Virus record (IMG/VR): IMGVR_UViG_3300042898_000852
Coordinates: 1-64,000 of that record
Strand: one strand, 5' to 3'
From: a virus
DNA: 64,000 nucleotides
Shown: one piece after another, positions 40,820 to 50,011 of the stretch
Layout of the letters: each line of letters opens with the position of its first letter
Numbering within the stretch: position 1 is the first letter of the stretch
The notes under the pieces: generated by a model
What the model was told of the DNA's origin: nothing
What the model saw: only the letters and a program-made list of their open reading frames with translations
Databases searched by the model: none
Position numbers and translations under genes: made by a program

Positions 40820-42076
40820 ATGACATCATCTACCCTATGCGCCGTGCCATGGATGCATTTAAATTTTGAACCTAACGGAAAAGTTGTACCATGTTGTTTA
40901 ACTTCGGCACACAACTACTTTGCAGGTGACCTCAATACTCAATCTATTGAGGAGATTTGGAATAGCAATAATATGAAAAATCTCCGTAAAGATATGATAA
41001 ATGGTGTTGAGCCTAAAGTGTGCGATAAGTGTTTCAACAGAGAAAAGGTAACTGGTGAAAGTGGCAGATTTTATCACAACCACGACTTTCCAGAGGTAGT
41101 GGCAAAAATTCCAAACATTACGTTAGCAGATGGAACGTGTACTACTATGGAGTTAAAGTACTGGGACTTCCGTTTTAGTAATCTTTGCAATTTCAAATGT
41201 CGAAGTTGTGGCCCACGTTATAGTTCAGCCTGGGTCCCAGATGCTAAAAAACTAGGACACACTGATCAAGAAAAAGTATGGAACATCGATTCGATAGATA
41301 ACCAAACCAATTTTGATTTTCTTAAAGATCAAATTGATGTTGTTAAACGCATTTATTTTGCGGGTGGTGAGCCGTTGTTAATGCCTGAACATTGGCAAAT
41401 TTTAGACATGCTGGTAGAGAAGAAACGTTTTGATGTCAAGCTAAGTTATAATACCAATGCGTCCGTATTATCCTATGGCAAAAAGAATATCATCGATTAT
41501 TGGAGTCAATGGCAGTTCGGTAAACTGGAAGTATGGCCAAGTATTGATGAAATAGGTGAACGTGCTGAACTAATTCGCTCAGGTACAGTATGGTCCAAGG
41601 TAGAAGAAAACTTAAAAGAACTTGCTAAACACGCTAACATTATGCTTCGCCCAGGGCTTACTATTGGTGCGTGGAATGTACATCGCTTACCTGAAATTAT
41701 TAATCATTTGATTAGCATCGGGGTAATTAGATCTCACCCAACGTCTAAGAATAGCAATTACAATAATTTCTTTATCAACTTGCTAGAACATCCTGTCCAC
41801 TATCATGTAAACATCCTCTCCGACGAATATAAAGAACAGATATCTGCTAAACTAAAAGCGTTTGTTATCGAACATAACAAAAAGTATAATACAGATATTA
41901 CAGCAACATTTAAACACATCTTGCACGAATTAGAAAAGCCGTTTAACTTAGAAGCCGCAAAGGAATTCTTAAAGATAACTAGTCAATTGGATATACTGCG
42001 GAACGAAGATACATTTAAGATATTGCCAGAAATGGAAGATGTTAGACGTAGTGTTTTAAAGACGTTTGATGTTTAA
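40820..42076 (+). CDS. Radical SAM enzyme with N-terminal SPASM/twitch domain
   Basis: CAVPW...GKVVPCC...CDKC twitch domain; CNFKCRSC (CX3CX2C); FAGGEPLL; YNTN; own TAAATA at 40801-40806. Confidence 0.9.
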   Translation: MTSSTLCAVPWMHLNFEPNGKVVPCCLTSAHNYFAGDLNTQSIEEIWNSNNMKNLRKDMINGVEPKVCDKCFNREKVTGESGRFYHNHDFPEVVAKIPNITLADGTCTTMELKYWDFRFSNLCNFKCRSCGPRYSSAWVPDAKKLGHTDQEKVWNIDSIDNQTNFDFLKDQIDVVKRIYFAGGEPLLMPEHWQILDMLVEKKRFDVKLSYNTNASVLSYGKKNIIDYWSQWQFGKLEVWPSIDEIGERAELIRSGTVWSKVEENLKELAKHANIMLRPGLTIGAWNVHRLPEIINHLISIGVIRSHPTSKNSNYNNFFINLLEHPVHYHVNILSDEYKEQISAKLKAFVIEHNKKYNTDITATFKHILHELEKPFNLEAAKEFLKITSQLDILRNEDTFKILPEMEDVRRSVLKTFDV

Positions 42077-42127
42077 GATAACAAAATGTATTAAACTTTG
42101 CAGAGATCCAGTTTTTAAACAAATTGT

Positions 42128-42433
42128 TTAAAACAATTTTTTAGTTTTGTCAGTTATGTCTTGCTTCAGCCGTTGAATATCTATAGTAAAATCTACTTTA
42201 GTAATTTCTTCTTTATATTCTTGAAATGTATCCAAGAGTTTTTCAGCAACGATGTCATTGGTTGCATTGCCAAGCTGCTCTTGAATATCTATTTCCCATA
42301 TTCTACCATTGTTAAATTCTAATCGAACACTTTTTAAATATGCCACCGGCATGGTGTTCATATACATATCTTCAAAAACTTCCGGCCACTCCTTAACCAA
42401 ATGACTAGGTGGCCTAAATAAATGTTTAGGCAC
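42128..42433 (-). CDS. Hypothetical phage protein
   Basis: ORF in a tightly packed minus-strand operon. Confidence 0.7.
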   Translation of the reverse strand: MPKHLFRPPSHLVKEWPEVFEDMYMNTMPVAYLKSVRLEFNNGRIWEIDIQEQLGNATNDIVAEKLLDTFQEYKEEITKVDFTIDIQRLKQDITDKTKKLF

Positions 42434-43034
42434 CTTCGGTTTCTTTAGATTTGGTAGCTTTCTTTGCTGGAGGATCTAAATCGTCTGCTTGTTTTCTCAG
42501 CCTAGCTGCTTCTTTGTACATGGCATCTGCTTGACTTCTAAAATTGCGAGCTATGTCACGATCAGTAAGTACTTCATTAGCTGAGGCAGGTACACTAGTA
42601 GATTCTTGAACTGTTTTTGCAGGTTCTTTCTTAGTAGGAGCACCTTTGGTAAACGTATACAAATCATCTATTGCACAATTTTTTTGTTCTGCAATAAATG
42701 AATTTAGTTCATGCAACGAAATTTCTGAATTCGGAGTGGGCGTCATGATAACAGTATCAGTGGCCACTTTTATCAAACGATTATCTGCCTGCAGGGCCTG
42801 TAGCATAGGGCGGCCGTCGGGGAATGGTCGAGTAAAAAGAATTTCTCCGAATTCCCATGCATCTTGTGCAACATCTTGATCTACAAGATCAATGATTGCA
42901 TTGTGATATTGATCTGGCAACGGAGATGTTTGCACAACCAATGCCATATTTGACTCACCGGGTAAGGTTCTAAAAACTACAAGAACTTTTGATCCTGTGT
43001 TTTTTATCTTACCTACGTGTTTGAGATTTTTCAT
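42426..43034 (-). CDS. Hypothetical phage protein
   Basis: Start MKNLKHVG at 43034 with AAGGA SD. Confidence 0.75.
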   Translation of the reverse strand: MKNLKHVGKIKNTGSKVLVVFRTLPGESNMALVVQTSPLPDQYHNAIIDLVDQDVAQDAWEFGEILFTRPFPDGRPMLQALQADNRLIKVATDTVIMTPTPNSEISLHELNSFIAEQKNCAIDDLYTFTKGAPTKKEPAKTVQESTSVPASANEVLTDRDIARNFRSQADAMYKEAARLRKQADDLDPPAKKATKSKETEGA

Positions 43035-43035
43035 A

Positions 43036-43257
43036 TTATTCCTTTTTGGCTGCAACAGATTCTAGAAAGGTATTTAACTTATTGTAAGCCTTACCTACTG
43101 CTTCTAATTCTGCAGCTTTGAACGCCCCTCGACTACTGGCAACTTCTAGAATACTACGCAAGGAAGCTAGGTCGCTGAGATTAAGATCAGCACTTGCAGC
43201 ACTTGGTGGTTGTTGAGGTTGCTCTTGTTCTGGGGTTGTTGTTACTTCTTGGTCCAT
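43036..43257 (-). CDS. Hypothetical phage protein
   Basis: Start MDQEV with AGGAG SD; RGAFKAAEL motif. Confidence 0.7.
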   Translation of the reverse strand: MDQEVTTTPEQEQPQQPPSAASADLNLSDLASLRSILEVASSRGAFKAAELEAVGKAYNKLNTFLESVAAKKE

Positions 43258-43529
43258 TAGTTTCTCCTTAGATATGGGCAAGCTAACATAAAATATGTTA
43301 GTTCTTTATGATCTTCAAATCCCGCAAACATTGCGGATTTCAATCTGCTGTCGTTTTCTATACTTGAAAGTTTCACGACAGCATATCTACCTTTTAATTT
43401 GATTCGAATCCAGTTTTCAACTTCGTTTGTAAAAAAATTTATCTCTTCAAGTTTAATTTTTCCAAAATGTGGAGGCATCACTTGAAGTGATCTTTTGTTT
43501 AAAATTTCTAAAGGATTATATTCGATCAT
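43257..43529 (-). CDS. Hypothetical phage protein
   Basis: Start MIEYNP lies 8 nt after TATAAATA (43538-43545, minus strand). Confidence 0.65.
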   Translation of the reverse strand: MIEYNPLEILNKRSLQVMPPHFGKIKLEEINFFTNEVENWIRIKLKGRYAVVKLSSIENDSRLKSAMFAGFEDHKELTYFMLACPYLRRN

Positions 43530-43562
43530 TGTGAAAATATTTATAGATAACAAATAAATTGT

Positions 43563-43955
43563 TCAGGATTCTTGGCTAAGTCTTTGATGCATTGCTTTGG
43601 CATAACCCATTTTTCTTACATCTCCGTGAAACAGATATAATTCAAATGCAGATTTTTCTTTTAGAACAACAATGTGTTTTTTGGTTAAGTGATAGGGAGA
43701 TTCGATAAATTGATCTAACCAAACTAGTATTTGTGGAGTTATACTAATTTCTTTTAATATTTCAACTTTATATGTTTTGATTTGAGAATAAGTTTCTACA
43801 AATTCTAGTCCTTGATCAGTGAGTCTTAGACCGCCACAGTCTTTACCTCTGACATTTTGCCACCAGGCACTGCGGAATTTTTTTATGATATTCTCGTCAA
43901 AAGATTGACCAGCAGCTTTGAGGAATACCGAAGTATAGGTATCCTTTAAATCCAT
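43563..43955 (-). CDS. Hypothetical phage protein
   Basis: ORF in operon; GLRLTDQG motif. Confidence 0.7.
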   Translation of the reverse strand: MDLKDTYTSVFLKAAGQSFDENIIKKFRSAWWQNVRGKDCGGLRLTDQGLEFVETYSQIKTYKVEILKEISITPQILVWLDQFIESPYHLTKKHIVVLKEKSAFELYLFHGDVRKMGYAKAMHQRLSQES

Positions 43956-44240
43956 TTAGTCTACTCGCTCTCCAGCATTTAACTTAAACACTGCAAAGTC
44001 TGTGGTCTTAAACAACTTGTTTAACTTTTTGGCCAAGTTTCTTGCGTGTCCTGGATTACTAAAACTGACCTTTTTGTATTTCGGGCCAGGATAACTGGAT
44101 ACCATACTACCACTTTTTAAGTTGAAAGGTTGTTCTTTGTAAAACACAGCCCAAATGGCATCGCTATCGAGAATTTGCTCAACTTTGTATGTTTCCTTGT
44201 TGGTGTATTCAAGAATAACTTTGGGTTTTGGTCTACTCAT
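43956..44240 (-). CDS. Hypothetical basic phage protein
   Basis: MSRPKP...YPGPKYKKVSFSNPGHA; preceded by a late promoter and hairpin. Confidence 0.75.
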   Translation of the reverse strand: MSRPKPKVILEYTNKETYKVEQILDSDAIWAVFYKEQPFNLKSGSMVSSYPGPKYKKVSFSNPGHARNLAKKLNKLFKTTDFAVFKLNAGERVD

Positions 44241-44243
44241 ATC

Positions 44244-44278
44244 TATACGTGTAATAATAAAGCACGTATATATTTATA
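44244..44278 (-). promoter_or_regulatory. Late promoter TATAAATA (44271-44278) plus 8-bp hairpin TATACGTG/CACGTATA over the translation-initiation region
   Basis: Read directly from the sequence. Confidence 0.7.
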
Positions 44279-44279
44279 C

Positions 44280-44531
44280 CTAACTGAAGTTGCCCCCATC
44301 AAATTTAACATTGATATTGGTAGTAGATTCACGTATTTCCGCCAGCATTGCGTGTATTTCCTGAACGGTTTTTCCTAATTTACTAGTCATTACTGCTAAT
44401 TCTTGGGTAAGCTCTCTTGCTTCTTGAATTGTTAATCTTATATCTTTTTGCTGACCACGCTCTGCAACTGCTATGCGTTGAATAAGTTTTTCAACGCCTG
44501 GTAACGTATTTGGAATGTTATTTTGAGACAT
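44280..44531 (-). CDS. Hypothetical phage protein
   Basis: ORF; C-terminal DGGNF. Confidence 0.65.
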   Translation of the reverse strand: MSQNNIPNTLPGVEKLIQRIAVAERGQQKDIRLTIQEARELTQELAVMTSKLGKTVQEIHAMLAEIRESTTNINVKFDGGNFS

Positions 44532-44994
44532 TAGCTAATACCTGTTTCATTTCAATTTCGGATTGAAACGGACCTTGATACTCATACCTTTGTAATGTTA
44601 TCAATTTAGGGCAAAAACTTTTTACCCATCCTTTATCAAACCGTATCACATAAAAGCCTGCACAGTATAAACTCTTGCTATCGCCGCTTTTTGTAAACAA
44701 CGGTAACTTTCTTTTTATATCATACATTGCATTGTGCGGCTCGGCACTTGTGGCATAACCGTGAACTTCGTTGGGTAATGCATCGTTGGCTTCTTTAATA
44801 ATTTTAGCTACAAAGAAATTTTTACCAAATTGTCTAGTAAGGCTTTCTTTTGTGTCGTAGATTTTTACACCTAATTCATTGCTCATAACAAATCTATTAT
44901 CTTCATTTTTTCTTAGAGTGGCGAACTTTTCACCATCTCGTTCAACAATCCAAAATTTATCTTTAATAATTGGCTTTGCTTGTATATCGGACAT
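44518..44994 (-). CDS. Hypothetical phage protein
   Basis: Start MSDIQAKP with GGAG SD. Confidence 0.7.
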   Translation of the reverse strand: MSDIQAKPIIKDKFWIVERDGEKFATLRKNEDNRFVMSNELGVKIYDTKESLTRQFGKNFFVAKIIKEANDALPNEVHGYATSAEPHNAMYDIKRKLPLFTKSGDSKSLYCAGFYVIRFDKGWVKSFCPKLITLQRYEYQGPFQSEIEMKQVLANVSK

Positions 44995-45037
44995 GTTATT
45001 CTCCCAGCAGTCAACAGTTTTTGATTGACACGTATCT

Positions 45038-46045
45038 TCATACGGACAAAGTTTTAATTTCATTTGAATACCTCGCATTCAGTGGCTCAGCATATGCCTG
45101 TGCCTGATCAGCAATCTTTTTAAGATCATAAAGATTACAAAATTTCATTAATCTAATTCCAACTTGACTGATATTTTTATTTGCACCTGTTGCTGTAGCA
45201 ATTGTTTCTGTAATGATGTTTTTAATTTCTTCGGGCTGTGCAGAGAGATCAATTAAAATACGATTACGTTCGTAATCATCTAACACACGATGTTCTTTAC
45301 CTTCGTGGTCGGACCAACGCTGAAGCATGAGATTGTTCCACGAGTAGCCTTTTGAGTCTCGGTCACCGTAGGCTTCACGGAGACCAACCTTATTCTTTGT
45401 GCCTTTTTCCCGTACTCCCGGATATGCAGAGAATACATTGTCTGAGGTATCGCCTCGCATACACTTCTCAAAGAGTAACCACTGAGGGTCCGGAATGGCT
45501 TTTGGCTCTTGAGTCTTTTTATCAATAACTCTCTTACCTTTTGCATCAAATATACCTTCATGTGTGATAGTAGTTTCCATAACACCGTTAAATTGTTTAA
45601 CATTGGGTGCAATTAGTTGTACAAAATCTGTGTCTGTCGAAATGATCACGTGATTGTCGTTTGGATGACTCTGTATCCAGCCAGCAATAAGATCATCTGC
45701 TTCTAGGCGTGAATGTTGTAAGACTGTGCAATTTGTCTTTTCTGTCACAAATTCTTTAAAAGTATCAAAGGCTTCCCAAAACACTTTCTCTTCTTCTGCT
45801 TCTCGTTCTGTATGTGCTGCACGACTAGCAGCTCGTTGTGCTTTGTAAGGCTTGTAATGATCTTTACGCCAACTGCGTCCCTCTAAACAGAATACTACAT
45901 GACTTCCACTAAAGTCTTGCCAGGCCTTTTTAATGCTGTTTAGTGTAATGTGAAAAGCCATGCCTAACTTAATGTCAGCATCACCGTTGATAACGTGTCT
46001 AGCACGAAAAAAAGTATTAGCAGTATCAACTAAAATATATGTCAT
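45038..46045 (-). CDS. rnh: RNase H / 5'-3' flap exonuclease (T4 Rnh-like)
   Basis: ILVDTAN, YKAQR, EADDLI, ISTDTDF, GDTSDNV motifs. Confidence 0.92.
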   Translation of the reverse strand: MTYILVDTANTFFRARHVINGDADIKLGMAFHITLNSIKKAWQDFSGSHVVFCLEGRSWRKDHYKPYKAQRAASRAAHTEREAEEEKVFWEAFDTFKEFVTEKTNCTVLQHSRLEADDLIAGWIQSHPNDNHVIISTDTDFVQLIAPNVKQFNGVMETTITHEGIFDAKGKRVIDKKTQEPKAIPDPQWLLFEKCMRGDTSDNVFSAYPGVREKGTKNKVGLREAYGDRDSKGYSWNNLMLQRWSDHEGKEHRVLDDYERNRILIDLSAQPEEIKNIITETIATATGANKNISQVGIRLMKFCNLYDLKKIADQAQAYAEPLNARYSNEIKTLSV

Positions 46046-46482
46046 AGATTCTTTTTTCTAACAGAGTTGATATCAATAACGCCAGTATTTACAGCGCCAC
46101 CAAAATCACCATCAACTACTACATTAGCACACAGTTCACGGAACCAACGATCCACAATTTCTTCGTCTTTGTCACCGTCAAAACCATATCCCTCTTGCTT
46201 TAATTTTAACACAAAAAGCTCGTTCCAGTCAAGCTCAAAAAAGCCATTACGTATGTTATCTTTGTTGATGTGTGTATTAAGCACCCCTACCCACGGTTCT
46301 TTCAATTTGGTTGCTCGATCTTTTGGACTTAGTTTGGCAGTTTCTTCTGCTTCTACAGCACGTTCTGCAGATGCAACTGCGTCTTTAGCAATCTTTGTGG
46401 ATTCTTCAGCCAACTGTACTGCTGCTGCTGTTTCGGCCTTGAGTTTATCAATGCCAAATAATTTTTCTACAAATCGTCTCAT
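46042..46482 (-). CDS. Hypothetical phage protein
   Basis: EPWV...GFFELDWN...IVDRWF; TGATG coupling to queE. Confidence 0.7.
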   Translation of the reverse strand: MRRFVEKLFGIDKLKAETAAAVQLAEESTKIAKDAVASAERAVEAEETAKLSPKDRATKLKEPWVGVLNTHINKDNIRNGFFELDWNELFVLKLKQEGYGFDGDKDEEIVDRWFRELCANVVVDGDFGGAVNTGVIDINSVRKKNL

Positions 46483-47327
46483 CAAGTACCCCACTCATTT
46501 TTAAATAACGGCACTTGTAATCTATCACTATAACGCCATCCACGTTTCATAGCTGCCAGTGCCACATTCTTTGCGTTGAGTGTATAAACACTTTCCACAC
46601 CACCAACTGGCATTAGATAAACATGCCCGTTAAATCCAGCATTACGGAATGCACCCACAGCACATTCAGCATCTGAAATATCCTGCTCTGTTGCAACAAC
46701 AAATTTAAGATAAACTGTTCCTACTTGTTCATACTCACACACAATTTCTGGACAGATAGCTTCCTCCCACTTCTCTCCACTTGCTGGAAGTTTAGCACTT
46801 ACACTGAATGTAAGTTCTTTATTATCTGTCCATTCAATTAGATATTCTTTAAATTTAGGATCAAGTTTTTGAGTACCATTTGTTTCAAAAGTAATCTCTT
46901 GCAAGTCACGCATCTTAGGATGATCTAGTAGATCTGGATAAGCACGTTGCCACCCTAACAATGGTTCGCCGCCTGTAATAACTAAGTGTTCGTCAATCCA
47001 ATGATCCTGCGGAAGCATTTCCATAATTCGATCTACAATAGCTTCGCTAGTAAGCATAGGCGACAAATCTTTAAAGCGTGGATCCCAACTAGCATAGCTG
47101 TCACAGCCTGTGCTAACAAGTGGCAAATCTTTATAATCCTTGTAAGGAATATTGTCGTGAGCAAAAGCAATAGTTTCAACTTCTGTACTTATTTCACCCC
47201 GCGGCATACCGAAGCCTGCACATTTAAAGTTACAGCCGAAGGTTCTAAGGAACACACTGGGCACCCCCATATATCTACCCTCGCCCTGTATAGAGTAGAA
47301 AAGTTCCGCTATTTTAATCTTGCTCAT
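46482..47327 (-). CDS. queE: 7-carboxy-7-deazaguanine synthase (radical SAM)
   Basis: ELFYSIQGEG, FLRTFGCNFKC, CDS, VITGGEPL, ETNGT, YSDRLQ motifs. Confidence 0.92.
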   Translation of the reverse strand: MSKIKIAELFYSIQGEGRYMGVPSVFLRTFGCNFKCAGFGMPRGEISTEVETIAFAHDNIPYKDYKDLPLVSTGCDSYASWDPRFKDLSPMLTSEAIVDRIMEMLPQDHWIDEHLVITGGEPLLGWQRAYPDLLDHPKMRDLQEITFETNGTQKLDPKFKEYLIEWTDNKELTFSVSAKLPASGEKWEEAICPEIVCEYEQVGTVYLKFVVATEQDISDAECAVGAFRNAGFNGHVYLMPVGGVESVYTLNAKNVALAAMKRGWRYSDRLQVPLFKNEWGT

Positions 47328-47781
47328 GCTCAACCCCACTTTTAAATATATTTGACCATTTTTTTAATTTGGCAATTTTGTTACCTGCTGCCGCAAGCAC
47401 TTCCTCTTTATCTACTATATTATGATCAATACAAAGATCGATCATGGCCTGTAAATCTCCTAGTTCTTCTGCTAGATGTTGTCTGTTAGTAAGTGGCTTA
47501 CCGGGTTTGACATTATCTAAACCGAATCGACTTATCTTGCTGATAGCAACAATTACTTCTGCACATTCCTCTTGAGTAATGTCTAGGATTTCTTTTTCTT
47601 TATTATTCATATTACTAGTATACACTCTTTTTGTCAAAGACCAAGAGCCATTTTGATTATCTTTCCAGTCTAATACATCACCTTCTTTCCAACCTGTTTC
47701 TTCGATCATATCTTCAGGGAATGGTAGTATCAAGTCACCGGTTTCGGGATCGTCTTGTAGTTCAATTGTCCAATTTTTCAA
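47314..47781 (-). CDS. AbrB/MazE-like domain fused in frame to a MazG-like NTP pyrophosphohydrolase (internal ATG at 47610)
   Basis: TTG start after AGGAG; GDLILPFPEDMIEETGWKEGDVL (AbrB-like); QEECAEV...EELGDL (MazG-like). Confidence 0.7.
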   Translation of the reverse strand: MKNWTIELQDDPETGDLILPFPEDMIEETGWKEGDVLDWKDNQNGSWSLTKRVYTSNMNNKEKEILDITQEECAEVIVAISKISRFGLDNVKPGKPLTNRQHLAEELGDLQAMIDLCIDHNIVDKEEVLAAAGNKIAKLKKWSNIFKSGVEHEQD

Positions 47782-48283
47782 TGCTAACTCCTGATTTTTT
47801 AAGGAACTCGATTCCTGCATCGTCTCTATAGTTTTCACCGTAGTAGACACCATTTATGCCAGACTGGTATATAAGTTTGGCGCATTCAATACAAGGGGCA
47901 TGAGTAATAAAAATATCAGCACCAAGCCCACTTTCATTGGACTTTGCCAATTTTGCAATAGCATTTGATTCAGCATGAAGTACTTCTGGTTTAGTTTTTA
48001 AGGCATATCTTCTAGCATATCCTAGATCGGGATCGATATCCTCTTCTTCAAATGGCCATCGATCATAAATCTCTTCGGGGCTTAGCCAACCCCCAGCATC
48101 ACCGCCCATGTACTCTTTGTGCTCACAATCATTATTCCAACCTGCCGGCATACCATTGTAGCCAATACTAATAATACGATCATCTTTAACAACAATAGCA
48201 CCAACGTGCAATCTACGTGCGTGACTAAGTTCTGCGAATACCTTTGCGGTCTTCATATAAGTTTGTTTGAACTTTTCCTTCAT
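47762..48283 (-). CDS. dCMP deaminase
   Basis: VGAIVV, GYNG, HAESNAI, PCIECAK motifs. Confidence 0.93.
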   Translation of the reverse strand: MKEKFKQTYMKTAKVFAELSHARRLHVGAIVVKDDRIISIGYNGMPAGWNNDCEHKEYMGGDAGGWLSPEEIYDRWPFEEEDIDPDLGYARRYALKTKPEVLHAESNAIAKLAKSNESGLGADIFITHAPCIECAKLIYQSGINGVYYGENYRDDAGIEFLKKSGVSIEKLDN

Positions 48284-48464
48284 TTTGTTTCTTCCATTCT
48301 TGTTGTTTAAGTTCTCGACATTGCTTTTTTACTTCTACGGGAATATCAGGATGCCATTCAGCCATACCACAATCGTATACTCTATATTCAGGCATTGGTG
48401 TCAGACTGAGTACTACTACCCACATTAAAAATCCTATTGCAAATCCCACTAGATATTTTGTCAT
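48225..48464 (-). CDS. Small membrane-anchored hypothetical protein
   Basis: N-terminal hydrophobic helix; YDCxxAEWHPDIP...C. Confidence 0.6.
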   Translation of the reverse strand: MTKYLVGFAIGFLMWVVVLSLTPMPEYRVYDCGMAEWHPDIPVEVKKQCRELKQQEWKKQNEGKVQTNLYEDRKGIRRT

Positions 48465-48655
48465 AGTCTATCACTTAGTAATAGATTACACATTAATACA
48501 TCTTGTTCTGTTTTAAAGAAAAATTTCATATAGTCTGCAGAAACTTCTGTGGTATATCTATGTCCCGGCAATCCGAAATGTTCAATTACCATAGCGCAAC
48601 TTTCGTTCCACCATTTATTTTCCTGCGAGTTCCAAGTTAGATTAACGACGTTCAT
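48461..48655 (-). CDS. Hypothetical phage protein
   Basis: WNESCA...FGLPG motif; coupled ORF. Confidence 0.6.
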   Translation of the reverse strand: MNVVNLTWNSQENKWWNESCAMVIEHFGLPGHRYTTEVSADYMKFFFKTEQDVLMCNLLLSDRL

Positions 48656-48833
48656 CAACTAATACTTTTCTAAACCTATGTGTAAAACTTTCTTTTAGGC
48701 ACGAATATTCGAGATTGTCTCGGAGACGCATATAGTGTACCCAAGTTTGATTTCCTATATCAACTACATAAATTACTCGAAAATATTCTCGAGCCCCTGC
48801 TTCCCACACTTCGCCATTACTAACTTCTTGCAT
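48642..48833 (-). CDS. Hypothetical phage protein
   Basis: Start MQEVS; YSCLxESF motif. Confidence 0.55.
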   Translation of the reverse strand: MQEVSNGEVWEAGAREYFRVIYVVDIGNQTWVHYMRLRDNLEYSCLKESFTHRFRKVLVDERR

Positions 48834-49287
48834 TTTTAGCCCTTTCAGATAGATATGTTTCATTATGAATCCACCTGTTATTTACTAAAAATCCCCATTC
48901 ACGCTTTTGCGGCCCTGGCATAAACATAGTCCAGGCAGTCACACTAGGATCAAGCTCAATACGATGATAGCTGTTAGCCCTACATACACGAAAATGGCCG
49001 GGTCCTCGCCATTTACATATCTCATTAAATTTACGACCCTGTTCGTCAAATTGAGGAATCCATTCATAATATCCACCTTTAAGTATTAGTGTTGCGTATG
49101 GCCAAGGATGATCATGAACATCATCTGGATCTGATTTAAGAAATTTATGAATAAAAACATTAAACGGAAACCAATCTCTATCTTTTAGAAAAACGTAATA
49201 TCTTTCAAGATATGGCTGATCGTTCACACGATCCATTATGATTCTTTTACGTTCTAATCGTTCTAAAAAATCGAGAAACCATTTCAT
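48820..49287 (-). CDS. Cupin-fold metal-binding protein (possible dioxygenase)
   Basis: HDHPW...GGYYE...HRIEL cupin metal motifs. Confidence 0.7.
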   Translation of the reverse strand: MKWFLDFLERLERKRIIMDRVNDQPYLERYYVFLKDRDWFPFNVFIHKFLKSDPDDVHDHPWPYATLILKGGYYEWIPQFDEQGRKFNEICKWRGPGHFRVCRANSYHRIELDPSVTAWTMFMPGPQKREWGFLVNNRWIHNETYLSERAKNARS

Positions 49288-49508
49288 TTACAAGTCTCCA
49301 GAAATTCATTTAACCTATGGGCAGCCTCGTTAAAATCTACAGCCCAAACCTTTGCTTTAATTTGATTATCAACAATACTCATATCAAACGGAACAACGCC
49401 ATTAAATCTGAAGTTATCTGGGACTTCGGTAGTGACAGTAAACTCGTGCAAGTTCTTCGCTCTAAAAATAAGATTAGTTGCCATGTCTACTGAATTCATA
49501 TTATCCAC
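49284..49508 (-). CDS. Hypothetical phage protein
   Basis: Coupled ORF. Confidence 0.6.
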   Translation of the reverse strand: MDNMNSVDMATNLIFRAKNLHEFTVTTEVPDNFRFNGVVPFDMSIVDNQIKAKVWAVDFNEAAHRLNEFLETCK

Positions 49509-50010
49509 CTTGTGTTGAGTCTTTTGGAAATACTTCGCTGAACGGCCACGATGTATTTGGATCTGGGCGAGATTTAAGTTTTACATTTTCTTCAATAACT
49601 GTACCATCATCTTCGCACAGGTCAATTTGATACGGTGCAATAATATGTACGGCAGTGTCTTCTTCTGCCCAATCATGCTCGCCGTCAAATAACCAACCTG
49701 CTCCACCTTCGTAGTAGAGTTCTTTTAGTTCTTGCTGTTCTAGTTCACCAATGTCATCACTGAATTCCCACTCAACGCTAACACTGTCATCAAACTCACA
49801 GCCCCAACCACAATCGGTTCGAGCATAGGCAACTGTATCACCTTCCCAGGGAAGATTGCAATCTAAATCACCTTCGACAAAACCTTGACCCCAACGATAT
49901 GTTTCGTCAATGTTAAACCAACTGACGCTATCATCGGGGTTCCTACGATACATTTCTACATGGTAGACAATGCTTTTCTTTTCTAATGGTTTGATTACGT
50001 ATACAGTCAT
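49501..50010 (-). CDS. Acidic hypothetical phage protein
   Basis: ORF in operon. Confidence 0.65.
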   Translation of the reverse strand: MTVYVIKPLEKKSIVYHVEMYRRNPDDSVSWFNIDETYRWGQGFVEGDLDCNLPWEGDTVAYARTDCGWGCEFDDSVSVEWEFSDDIGELEQQELKELYYEGGAGWLFDGEHDWAEEDTAVHIIAPYQIDLCEDDGTVIEENVKLKSRPDPNTSWPFSEVFPKDSTQGG

Positions 50011-50011
50011 A

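Noticed and set aside
42077-42127. Bidirectional terminator at the convergence of the late and early blocks
   Set aside because: No convincing GC-rich stem is visible in the 50-nt gap
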